Part shown: positions 12,101 through 24,100 of the stretch, piece by piece | Layout of the letters: the number at the start of each line of letters is the position of its first letter | How positions within the stretch are numbered: the first letter of the stretch is position 1 | Made by a program: the position numbers and the translations under genes | Notes under the pieces: generated by a model | Told to the model about the DNA's origin: nothing | Databases searched by the model: none | What the model saw: only the letters and a program-made list of their open reading frames with translations | Assembly: GCA_040954595.2 (NCBI GenBank) | Contig: CM082581.2 | Location: 5,448,699-5,512,698, forward strand | Reading direction: 5' to 3' | Source: Balanoglossus misakiensis | Lineage: Eukaryota; Animalia; Hemichordata | Length of the DNA: 64,000 nt

Positions 12101-15100
12101 TTTGACAAAAATCATGGGTTATAGCTCACGAAAATCATCCAAAAATGACAATTTTTCGACTTTGCGAAGGTTCAAAATTTCTTCATTTTTTGACAAAAAT
12201 CATGGGTTATAGCTCACGAAAATCATCCAAAAATGACAATATTTCGACTTTGCGAAGGTTCAAAATTTCGTCATTTTTTGACAAAAATCATGGGTTATAG
12301 CTCAGGAAAATCATCCAAAAATGACAATATTTCGACTTTGCGAAAGTTCAAAATTTCGTCATTTTTTGACAAAAATCATGGGTTATAGCTCACGAAAATC
12401 ATCCAAAAATGATAATATTTCGACTTTGCGAAAGTTCAAAATTTCGTCATTTTTTGACAAAAATCATGGGTTATAGCTCATGAAAATCATCCAAAAATGA
12501 CAATTTTTCGACTTTGCGAAAGTTCAAAATTTTGTCATTTTTTGACAAAAATCATGGGTTATAGCTCATGAAAATCATCCAAAAATGACAATTTTTCGAC
12601 TTTGCGAAAGTTCAAAATTTCTTCATTTTTTGACAAAAATCATGGGTTATAGCTCACGAAAATCATCCAAAAATGACAATTTTTCGACTTTGCGAAGGTT
12701 CAAAATTTCTTCATTTTTTGACAAAAATCATGGGTTATAGCTCACGAAAATCATCCAAAAATGACAATTTTTCGACTTTGCGAAGGTTCAAAATTTCTTC
12801 ATTTTTTGACAAAAATCATGGGTTATAGCTCACGAAAATCATCCAAAAATGACAATATTTCGACTTTGCGAAGGTTCAAAATTTCGTCATTTTTTGACAA
12901 AAATCATGGGTTATAGCTCAGGAAAATCATCCAAAAATGACAATATTTCGACTTTGCGAAAGTTCAAAATTTCGTCATTTTTTGACAAAAATCATGGGTT
13001 ATAGCTCACGAAAATCATCCAAAAATGATAATATTTCGACTTTGCGAAAGTTCAAAATTTCGTCATTTTTTGACAAAAATCATGGGTTATAGCTCATGAA
13101 AATCATCCAAAAATGACAATTTTTCGACTTTGCGAAAGTTCAAAATTTTGTCATTTTTTGACAAAAATCATGGGTTATAGCTCATGAAAATCATCCAAAA
13201 ATGACAATTTTTCGACTTTGCGAAAGTTCAAAATTTCTTCATTTTTTGACAAAAATCATGGGTTATAGCTCACGAAAATCATCCAAAAATGACAATTTTT
13301 CGACTTTGCGAAGGTTCAAAATTTCTTCATTTTTTGACAAAAATCATGGGTTATAGCTCACGAAAATCATCCAAAAATGACAATATTTCGACTTTGCGAA
13401 GGTTCAAAATTTCTTCATTTTTTGACAAAAATCATGGGTTATAGCTCAGGAAAATCATCCAAAAATGACAATATTTCGACTTTGCGAAAGTTCAAAATTT
13501 CGTCATTTTTTGACAAAAATCATGGGTTATAGCTCACGAAAATCATCCAAAAATGATAATATTTCGACTTTGCGAAAGTTCAAAATTTCGTCATTTTTTG
13601 ACAAAAATCATGGGTTATAGCTCATGAAAATCATCCAAAAATGACAATTTTTCGACTTTGCGAAAGTTCAAAATTTCGTCATTTTTTGACAAAAATCATG
13701 GGTTATAGCTCATGAAAATCATCCAAAAATGACAATTTTTCGACTTTGCGAAAGTTCAAAATTTCGTCATTTTTTGACAAAAATCATGGGTTTTAGCTCA
13801 TGAAAATCATCCAAAAATGACAATTTTTCGACTTTGCGAAAGTTCAAAATTTCGTCATTTTTTGACAAAAATCATGGGTTATAGCTCATGAAAATCATCC
13901 AAAAATGACAATTTTTCGACTTTGCGAAAGTTCAAAATTTCGTCATTTTTTGACAAAAATCATGGGTTATAGCTCATGAAAATCATCCAAAAATGACAAT
14001 TTTTCGACTTTGCGAAAGTTCAAAATTTTGTCATTTTTTGACAAAAATCATGGGTTATAGCTCATGAAAATCATCCAAAAATGACAATTTTTCGACTTTG
14101 CGAAAGTTCAAAATTTCTTCATTTTTTGACAAAAATCATGGGTTATAGCTCATGAAAATCATCCAAAAATGACAATTTTTCGACTTTGCGAAAGATCAAA
14201 ATTTCGTCATTTTTTGACAAAAATCATGGGTTATAGCTCATGAAAATCATCCAAAAATGACAATTTTTCGACTTTGCGAAAGTTCAAAATTTCGTCATTT
14301 TTTGACAAAAATCATGAGTTATAGCTCATGAAAATCATCCAAAAATGACAATTTTTCGACTTTGCGAAAGTTCAAAATTTCTTCATTTTTTGACAAAAAT
14401 CATGGGTTATAGCTCATGAAAATCATCCAAAAATGACAATTTTTCGACTTTGCGAAAGATCAAAATTTCGTCATTTTTTGACAAAAATCATGGGTTATAG
14501 CTCATGAAAATCATCCAAAAATGACAATTTTTCGACTTTGCGAAAGTTCAAAATTTCTTCATTTTTTGACAAAAATCATGGGTTATAGCTCATGAAAATC
14601 ATCCAAAAATGACAATTTTTCGACTTTGCGAAAGTTCAAAATTTCTTCATTTTTTGACAAAAATCATGGGTTATAGCTCATGAAAATCATCCAAAAATGA
14701 CAATTTTTCGACTTTGCGAAAGTTCAAAATTTCTTCATTTTTTGACAAAAATCATGGGTTATAGCTCATGAAAATCATCCAAAAATGACAATTTTTCGAC
14801 TTTGCGAAAGTTCAAAATTTCGTCATTTTTTGACAAAAATCATGGGTTATAGCTCATGAAAATCATCCAAAAATGACAATTGTTCGACTTTGCGAAAGTT
14901 CAAAATTTCTTCATTTTTTGACAAAAATCATGGGTTATAGCTCATGAAAATCATCCAAAAATGACAATTTTTCGACTTTGCGAAAGTTCAAAATTTCATC
15001 ATTTTTTGACAAAAATCATGGGTTATAGCTCATGAAAATCATCCAAAAATGACAATTTTTCGACTTTGCGAAAGTTCAAAATTTCTTCATTTTTTGACAA

Positions 15101-18100
15101 AAATCATGGGTTATAGCTCACGAAAATCATCCAAAAATGACAATTTTTCGACTTTGCGAAAGTTCAAAATTTCGTCATTTTTTGACAAAAATCATGGGTT
15201 ATAGCTCATGAAAATCATCCAAAAATGACAATTTTTCGACTTTGCGAAAGTTCAAAATTTCGTCATTTTTTGACAAAAATCATGGGTTATAGCTCATGAA
15301 AATCATCCAAAAATGACAATTTTTCGACTTTGCGAAAGTTCAAAATTTCGTCATTTTTTGACAAAAATCATAGGTTATAGCTCATGAAAATCATCCAAAA
15401 ATGACAATTTTTCGACTTTGCGAAAGTTCAAAATTTTGTCATTTTTTGACAAAAATCATGGGTTATAGCTCATGAAAATCATCCAAAAATGACAATTTTT
15501 CGACTTTGCGAAAGTTCAAAATTTCGTCATTTTTTGACAAAAATCATGGGTTATAGCTCATGAAAATCATCCAAAAATGACAATTGTTCGACTTTGCGAA
15601 AGATCAAAATTTCGTCATTTTTTGACAAAAATCATGGGTTATAGCTCATGAAAATCATCCAAAAATGACAATTTTTCGACTTTGCGAAAGTTCAAAATTT
15701 CTTCATTTTTTGACAAAAATCATGGGTTATAGCTCATGAAAATCATCCAAAAATGACAATTTTTCGACTTTGCGAAAGTTCAAAATTTCTTCATTTTTTG
15801 ACAAAAATCATGGGTTATAGCTCATGAAAATCATCCAAAAATGACAATTTTTCGACTTTGCGAAAGTTCAAAATTTCTTCATTTTTTGACAAAAATCATG
15901 GGTTATAGCTCATGAAAATCATCCAAAAATGACAATTTTTCGACTTTGCGAAAGTTCAAAATTTCTTCATTTTTTGACAAAAATCATGGGTTATAGCTCA
16001 TGAAAATCATCCAAAAATGACAATTTTTCGACTTTGCGAAAGTTCAAAATTTCTTCATTTTTTGACAAAAATCATGGGTTATAGCTCACGAAAATCATCC
16101 AAAAATGACAATTTTTCGACTTTGCGAAGGTTCAAAATTTCTTCATTTTTTGACAAAAATCATGGGTTATAGCTCACGAAAATCATCCAAAAATGACAAT
16201 ATTTCGACTTTGCGAAGGTTCAAAATTTCGTCATTTTTTGACAAAAATCATGGGTTATAGCTCAGGAAAATCATCCAAAAATGACAATATTTCGACTTTG
16301 CGAAAGTTCAAAATTTCGTCATTTTTTGACAAAAATCATGGGTTATAGCTCACGAAAATCATCCAAAAATGATAATATTTCGACTTTGCGAAAGTTCAAA
16401 ATTTCGTCATTTTTTGACAAAAATCATGGGTTATAGCTCATGAAAATCATCCAAAAATGACAATTTTTCGACTTTGCGAAAGTTCAAAATTTTGTCATTT
16501 TTTGACAAAAATCATGGGTTATAGCTCATGAAAATCATCCAAAAATGACAATTTTTCGACTTTGCGAAAGTTCAAAATTTCTTCATTTTTTGACAAAAAT
16601 CATGGGTTATAGCTCACGAAAATCATCCAAAAATGACAATTTTTCGACTTTGCGAAGGTTCAAAATTTCTTCATTTTTTGACAAAAATCATGGGTTATAG
16701 CTCACGAAAATCATCCAAAAATGACAATTTTTCGACTTTGCGAAGGTTCAAAATTTCTTCATTTTTTGACAAAAATCATGGGTTATAGCTCACGAAAATC
16801 ATCCAAAAATGACAATATTTCGACTTTGCGAAGGTTCAAAATTTCGTCATTTTTTGACAAAAATCATGGGTTATAGCTCAGGAAAATCATCCAAAAATGA
16901 CAATATTTCGACTTTGCGAAAGTTCAAAATTTCGTCATTTTTTGACAAAAATCATGGGTTATAGCTCACGAAAATCATCCAAAAATGATAATATTTCGAC
17001 TTTGCGAAAGTTCAAAATTTCGTCATTTTTTGACAAAAATCATGGGTTATAGCTCATGAAAATCATCCAAAAATGACAATTTTTCGACTTTGCGAAAGTT
17101 CAAAATTTTGTCATTTTTTGACAAAAATCATGGGTTATAGCTCATGAAAATCATCCAAAAATGACAATTTTTCGACTTTGCGAAAGTTCAAAATTTCTTC
17201 ATTTTTTGACAAAAATCATGGGTTATAGCTCACGAAAATCATCCAAAAATGACAATTTTTCGACTTTGCGAAGGTTCAAAATTTCTTCATTTTTTGACAA
17301 AAATCATGGGTTATAGCTCACGAAAATCATCCAAAAATGACAATATTTCGACTTTGCGAAGGTTCAAAATTTCTTCATTTTTTGACAAAAATCATGGGTT
17401 ATAGCTCAGGAAAATCATCCAAAAATGACAATATTTCGACTTTGCGAAAGTTCAAAATTTCGTCATTTTTTGACAAAAATCATGGGTTATAGCTCACGAA
17501 AATCATCCAAAAATGATAATATTTCGACTTTGCGAAAGTTCAAAATTTCGTCATTTTTTGACAAAAATCATGGGTTATAGCTCATGAAAATCATCCAAAA
17601 ATGACAATTTTTCGACTTTGCGAAAGTTCAAAATTTCGTCATTTTTTGACAAAAATCATGGGTTATAGCTCATGAAAATCATCCAAAAATGACAATTTTT
17701 CGACTTTGCGAAAGTTCAAAATTTCGTCATTTTTTGACAAAAATCATGGGTTTTAGCTCATGAAAATCATCCAAAAATGACAATTTTTCGACTTTGCGAA
17801 AGTTCAAAATTTCGTCATTTTTTGACAAAAATCATGGGTTATAGCTCATGAAAATCATCCAAAAATGACAATTTTTCGACTTTGCGAAAGTTCAAAATTT
17901 CGTCATTTTTTGACAAAAATCATGGGTTATAGCTCATGAAAATCATCCAAAAATGACAATTTTTCGACTTTGCGAAAGTTCAAAATTTTGTCATTTTTTG
18001 ACAAAAATCATGGGTTATAGCTCATGAAAATCATCCAAAAATGACAATTTTTCGACTTTGCGAAAGTTCAAAATTTCTTCATTTTTTGACAAAAATCATG

Positions 18101-21100
18101 GGTTATAGCTCATGAAAATCATCCAAAAATGACAATTTTTCGACTTTGCGAAAGATCAAAATTTCGTCATTTTTTGACAAAAATCATGGGTTATAGCTCA
18201 TGAAAATCATCCAAAAATGACAATTTTTCGACTTTGCGAAAGTTCAAAATTTCGTCATTTTTTGACAAAAATCATGAGTTATAGCTCATGAAAATCATCC
18301 AAAAATGACAATTTTTCGACTTTGCGAAAGTTCAAAATTTCTTCATTTTTTGACAAAAATCATGGGTTATAGCTCATGAAAATCATCCAAAAATGACAAT
18401 TTTTCGACTTTGCGAAAGATCAAAATTTCGTCATTTTTTGACAAAAATCATGGGTTATAGCTCATGAAAATCATCCAAAAATGACAATTTTTCGACTTTG
18501 CGAAAGTTCAAAATTTCTTCATTTTTTGACAAAAATCATGGGTTATAGCTCATGAAAATCATCCAAAAATGACAATTTTTCGACTTTGCGAAAGTTCAAA
18601 ATTTCTTCATTTTTTGACAAAAATCATGGGTTATAGCTCATGAAAATCATCCAAAAATGACAATTTTTCGACTTTGCGAAAGTTCAAAATTTCTTCATTT
18701 TTTGACAAAAATCATGGGTTATAGCTCATGAAAATCATCCAAAAATGACAATTTTTCGACTTTGCGAAGGTTCAAAATTTCTTCATTTTTTGACAAAAAT
18801 CATGGGTTATAGCTCACGAAAATCATCCAAAAATGACAATTTTTCGACTTTGCGAAGGTTCAAAATTTCGTCATTTTTTGACAAAAATCATGGGTTATAG
18901 CTCACGAAAATCATCCAAAAATGACAATATTTCGACTTTGCGAAAGTTCAAAATTTCGTCATTTTTTGACAAAAATCATGGGTTATAGCTCACGAAAATC
19001 ATCCAAAAATGACAATTTTTCGACTTTGCGAAAGTTCAAAATTTCGTCATTTTTTGACAAAAATCATGGGTTATAGCTCATGAAAATCATCCAAAAATGA
19101 CAATTTTTCGACTTTGCGAAAGTTCAAAATTTCGTCATTTTTTGACAAAAATCATGGGTTATAGCTCATGAAAATCATCCAAAAATGACAATTTTTCGAC
19201 TTTGCGAAAGTTCAAAATTTCGTCATTTTTTGACAAAAATCATGGGTTATAGCTCATGAAAATCATCCAAAAATGACAATTTTTCGACTTTGCGAAAGTT
19301 CAAAATTTCGTCATTTTTTGACAAAAATCATGGGTTTTAGCTCATGAAAATCATCCAAAAATGACAATTTTTCGACTTTGCGAAAGTTCAAAATTTCGTC
19401 ATTTTTTGACAAAAATCATGGGTTATAGCTCATGAAAATCATCCAAAAATGACAATTTTTCGACTTTGCGAAAGTTCAAAATTTCGTCATTTTTTGACAA
19501 AAATCATGGGTTATAGCTCATGAAAATCATCCAAAAATGACAATTTTTCGACTTTGCGAAAGTTCAAAATTTTGTCATTTTTTGACAAAAATCATGGGTT
19601 ATAGCTCATGAAAATCATCCAAAAATGACAATTTTTCGACTTTGCGAAAGTTCAAAATTTCTTCATTTTTTGACAAAAATCATGGGTTATAGCTCATGAA
19701 AATCATCCAAAAATGACAATTTTTCGACTTTGCGAAAGATCAAAATTTCGTCATTTTTTGACAAAAATCATGGGTTATAGCTCATGAAAATCATCCAAAA
19801 ATGACAATTTTTCGACTTTGCGAAAGTTCAAAATTTCGTCATTTTTTGACAAAAATCATGAGTTATAGCTCATGAAAATCATCCAAAAATGACAATTTTT
19901 CGACTTTGCGAAAGTTCAAAATTTCTTCATTTTTTGACAAAAATCATGGGTTATAGCTCATGAAAATCATCCAAAAATGACAATTTTTCGACTTTGCGAA
20001 AGATCAAAATTTCGTCATTTTTTGACAAAAATCATGGGTTATAGCTCATGAAAATCATCCAAAAATGACAATTTTTCGACTTTGCGAAAGTTCAAAATTT
20101 CTTCATTTTTTGACAAAAATCATGGGTTATAGCTCATGAAAATCATCCAAAAATGACAATTTTTCGACTTTGCGAAAGTTCAAAATTTCTTCATTTTTTG
20201 ACAAAAATCATGGGTTATAGCTCATGAAAATCATCCAAAAATGACAATTTTTCGACTTTGCGAAAGTTCAAAATTTCTTCATTTTTTGACAAAAATCATG
20301 GGTTATAGCTCATGAAAATCATCCAAAAATGACAATTTTTCGACTTTGCGAAGGTTCAAAATTTCTTCATTTTTTGACAAAAATCATGGGTTATAGCTCA
20401 CGAAAATCATCCAAAAATGACAATTTTTCGACTTTGCGAAGGTTCAAAATTTCGTCATTTTTTGACAAAAATCATGGGTTATAGCTCACGAAAATCATCC
20501 AAAAATGACAATATTTCGACTTTGCGAAAGTTCAAAATTTCGTCATTTTTTGACAAAAATCATGGGTTATAGCTCACGAAAATCATCCAAAAATGACAAT
20601 TTTTCGACTTTGCGAAAGTTCAAAATTTCTTCATTTTTTGACAAAAATCATGGGTTATAGCTCATGAAAATCATCCAAAAATGACAATTTTTCGACTTTG
20701 CGAAAGTTCAAAATTTCTTCATTTTTTGACAAAAATCATGGGTTATAGCTCATGAAAATCATCCAAAAATGACAATTTTTCGACTTTGCGAAAGTTCAAA
20801 ATTTCTTCATTTTTTGACAAAAATCATGGGTTATAGCTCATGAAAATCATCCAAAAATGACAATTTTTCGACTTTGCGAAGGTTCAAAATTTCTTCATTT
20901 TTTGACAAAAATCATGGGTTATAGCTCACGAAAATCATCCAAAAATGACAATTTTTCGACTTTGCGAAGGTTCAAAATTTCGTCATTTTTTGACAAAAAT
21001 CATGGGTTATAGCTCACGAAAATCATCCAAAAATGACAATATTTCGACTTTGCGAAAGTTCAAAATTTCGTCATTTTTTGACAAAAATCATGGGTTATAG

Positions 21101-24100
21101 CTCACGAAAATCATCCAAAAATGACAATTTTTCGACTTTGCGAAAGTTCAAAATTTCGTCATTTTTTGACAAAAATCATGGGTTATAGCTCATGAAAATC
21201 ATCCAAAAATGACAATTTTTCGACTTTGCGAAAGATCAAAATTTCGTCATTTTTTGACAAAAATCATGGGTTATAGCTCATGAAAATCATCCAAAAATGA
21301 CAATTTTTCGACTTTGCGAAAGTTCAAAATTTCTTCATTTTTTGACAAAAATCATGGGTTATAGCTCATGAAAATCATCCAAAAATGACAATTTTTCGAC
21401 TTTGCGAAAGTTCAAAATTTCTTCATTTTTTGACAAAAATCATGGGTTATAGCTCATGAAAATCATCCAAAAATGACAATTTTTCGACTTTGCGAAAGTT
21501 CAAAATTTCTTCATTTTTTGACAAAAATCATGGGTTATAGCTCATGAAAATCATCCAAAAATGACAATTTTTCGACTTTGCGAAGGTTCAAAATTTCTTC
21601 ATTTTTTGACAAAAATCATGGGTTATAGCTCACGAAAATCATCCAAAAATGACAATTTTTCGACTTTGCGAAGGTTCAAAATTTCGTCATTTTTTGACAA
21701 AAATCATGGGTTATAGCTCACGAAAATCATCCAAAAATGACAATATTTCGACTTTGCGAAAGTTCAAAATTTCGTCATTTTTTGACAAAAATCATGGGTT
21801 ATAGCTCACGAAAATCATCCAAAAATGACAATTTTTCGACTTTGCGAAAGTTCAAAATTTCGTCATTTTTTGACAAAAATCATGGGTTATAGCTCATGAA
21901 AATCATCCAAAAATGACAATTTTTCGACTTTGCGAAAGTTCAAAATTTCGTCATTTTTTGACAAAAATCATGGGTTATAGCTCATGAAAATCATCCAAAA
22001 ATGACAATTTTTCGACTTTGCGAAAGTTCAAAATTTCGTCATTTTTTGACAAAAATCATGGGTTATAGCTCATGAAAATCATCCAAAAATGACAATTTTT
22101 CGACTTTGCGAAAGTTCAAAATTTCGTCATTTTTTGACAAAAATCATGGGTTTTAGCTCATGAAAATCATCCAAAAATGACAATTTTTCGACTTTGCGAA
22201 AGTTCAAAATTTCGTCATTTTTTGACAAAAATCATGGGTTATAGCTCATGAAAATCATCCAAAAATGACAATTTTTCGACTTTGCGAAAGTTCAAAATTT
22301 CGTCATTTTTTGACAAAAATCATGGGTTATAGCTCATGAAAATCATCCAAAAATGACAATTTTTCGACTTTGCGAAAGTTCAAAATTTTGTCATTTTTTG
22401 ACAAAAATCATGGGTTATAGCTCATGAAAATCATCCAAAAATGACAATTTTTCGACTTTGCGAAAGTTCAAAATTTCTTCATTTTTTGACAAAAATCATG
22501 GGTTATAGCTCATGAAAATCATCCAAAAATGACAATTTTTCGACTTTGCGAAAGATCAAAATTTCGTCATTTTTTGACAAAAATCATGGGTTATAGCTCA
22601 TGAAAATCATCCAAAAATGACAATTTTTCGACTTTGCGAAAGTTCAAAATTTCGTCATTTTTTGACAAAAATCATGAGTTATAGCTCATGAAAATCATCC
22701 AAAAATGACAATTTTTCGACTTTGCGAAAGTTCAAAATTTCTTCATTTTTTGACAAAAATCATGGGTTATAGCTCATGAAAATCATCCAAAAATGACAAT
22801 TTTTCGACTTTGCGAAAGATCAAAATTTCGTCATTTTTTGACAAAAATCATGGGTTATAGCTCATGAAAATCATCCAAAAATGACAATTTTTCGACTTTG
22901 CGAAAGTTCAAAATTTCTTCATTTTTTGACAAAAATCATGGGTTATAGCTCATGAAAATCATCCAAAAATGACAATTTTTCGACTTTGCGAAAGTTCAAA
23001 ATTTCTTCATTTTTTGACAAAAATCATGGGTTATAGCTCATGAAAATCATCCAAAAATGACAATTTTTCGACTTTGCGAAAGTTCAAAATTTCTTCATTT
23101 TTTGACAAAAATCATGGGTTATAGCTCATGAAAATCATCCAAAAATGACAATTTTTCGACTTTGCGAAGGTTCAAAATTTCTTCATTTTTTGACAAAAAT
23201 CATGGGTTATAGCTCACGAAAATCATCCAAAAATGACAATTTTTCGACTTTGCGAAGGTTCAAAATTTCGTCATTTTTTGACAAAAATCATGGGTTATAG
23301 CTCACGAAAATCATCCAAAAATGACAATATTTCGACTTTGCGAAAGTTCAAAATTTCGTCATTTTTTGACAAAAATCATGGGTTATAGCTCACGAAAATC
23401 ATCCAAAAATGACAATTTTTCGACTTTGCGAAAGTTCAAAATTTCTTCATTTTTTGACAAAAATCATGGGTTATAGCTCAGGAAAATCATCCAAAAATGA
23501 CAATATTTCGACTTTGCGAAAGTTCAAAATTTCGTCATTTTTTGACAAAAATCATGGGTTATAGCTCAGGAAAATCATCCAAAAATGACAATATTTCGAC
23601 TTTGCGAAAGTTCAAAATTTCGTCATTTTTTGACAAAAATCATGGGTTATAGCTCACGAAAATCATCCAAAAATGACAATTTTTCGACTTTGCGAAAGTT
23701 CAAAATTTCGTCATTTTTTGACAAAAATCATGGGTTATAGCTCATGAAAATCATCCAAAAATGACAATTTTTCGACTTTGCGAAAGTTCAAAATTTCGTC
23801 ATTTTTTGACAAAAATCATGGGTTATAGCTCATGAAAATCATCCAAAAATGACAATTTTTCGACTTTGCGAAAGTTCAAAATTTCGTCATTTTTTGACAA
23901 AAATCATGGGTTATAGCTCATGAAAATCATCCAAAAATGACAATTTTTCGACTTTGCGAAAGTTCAAAATTTCGTCATTTTTTGACAAAAATCATGGGTT
24001 ATAGCTCATGAAAATCATCCAAAAATGACAATTTTTCGACTTTGCGAAAGTTCAAAATTTCGTCATTTTTTGACAAAAATCATGGGTTATAGCTCATGAA

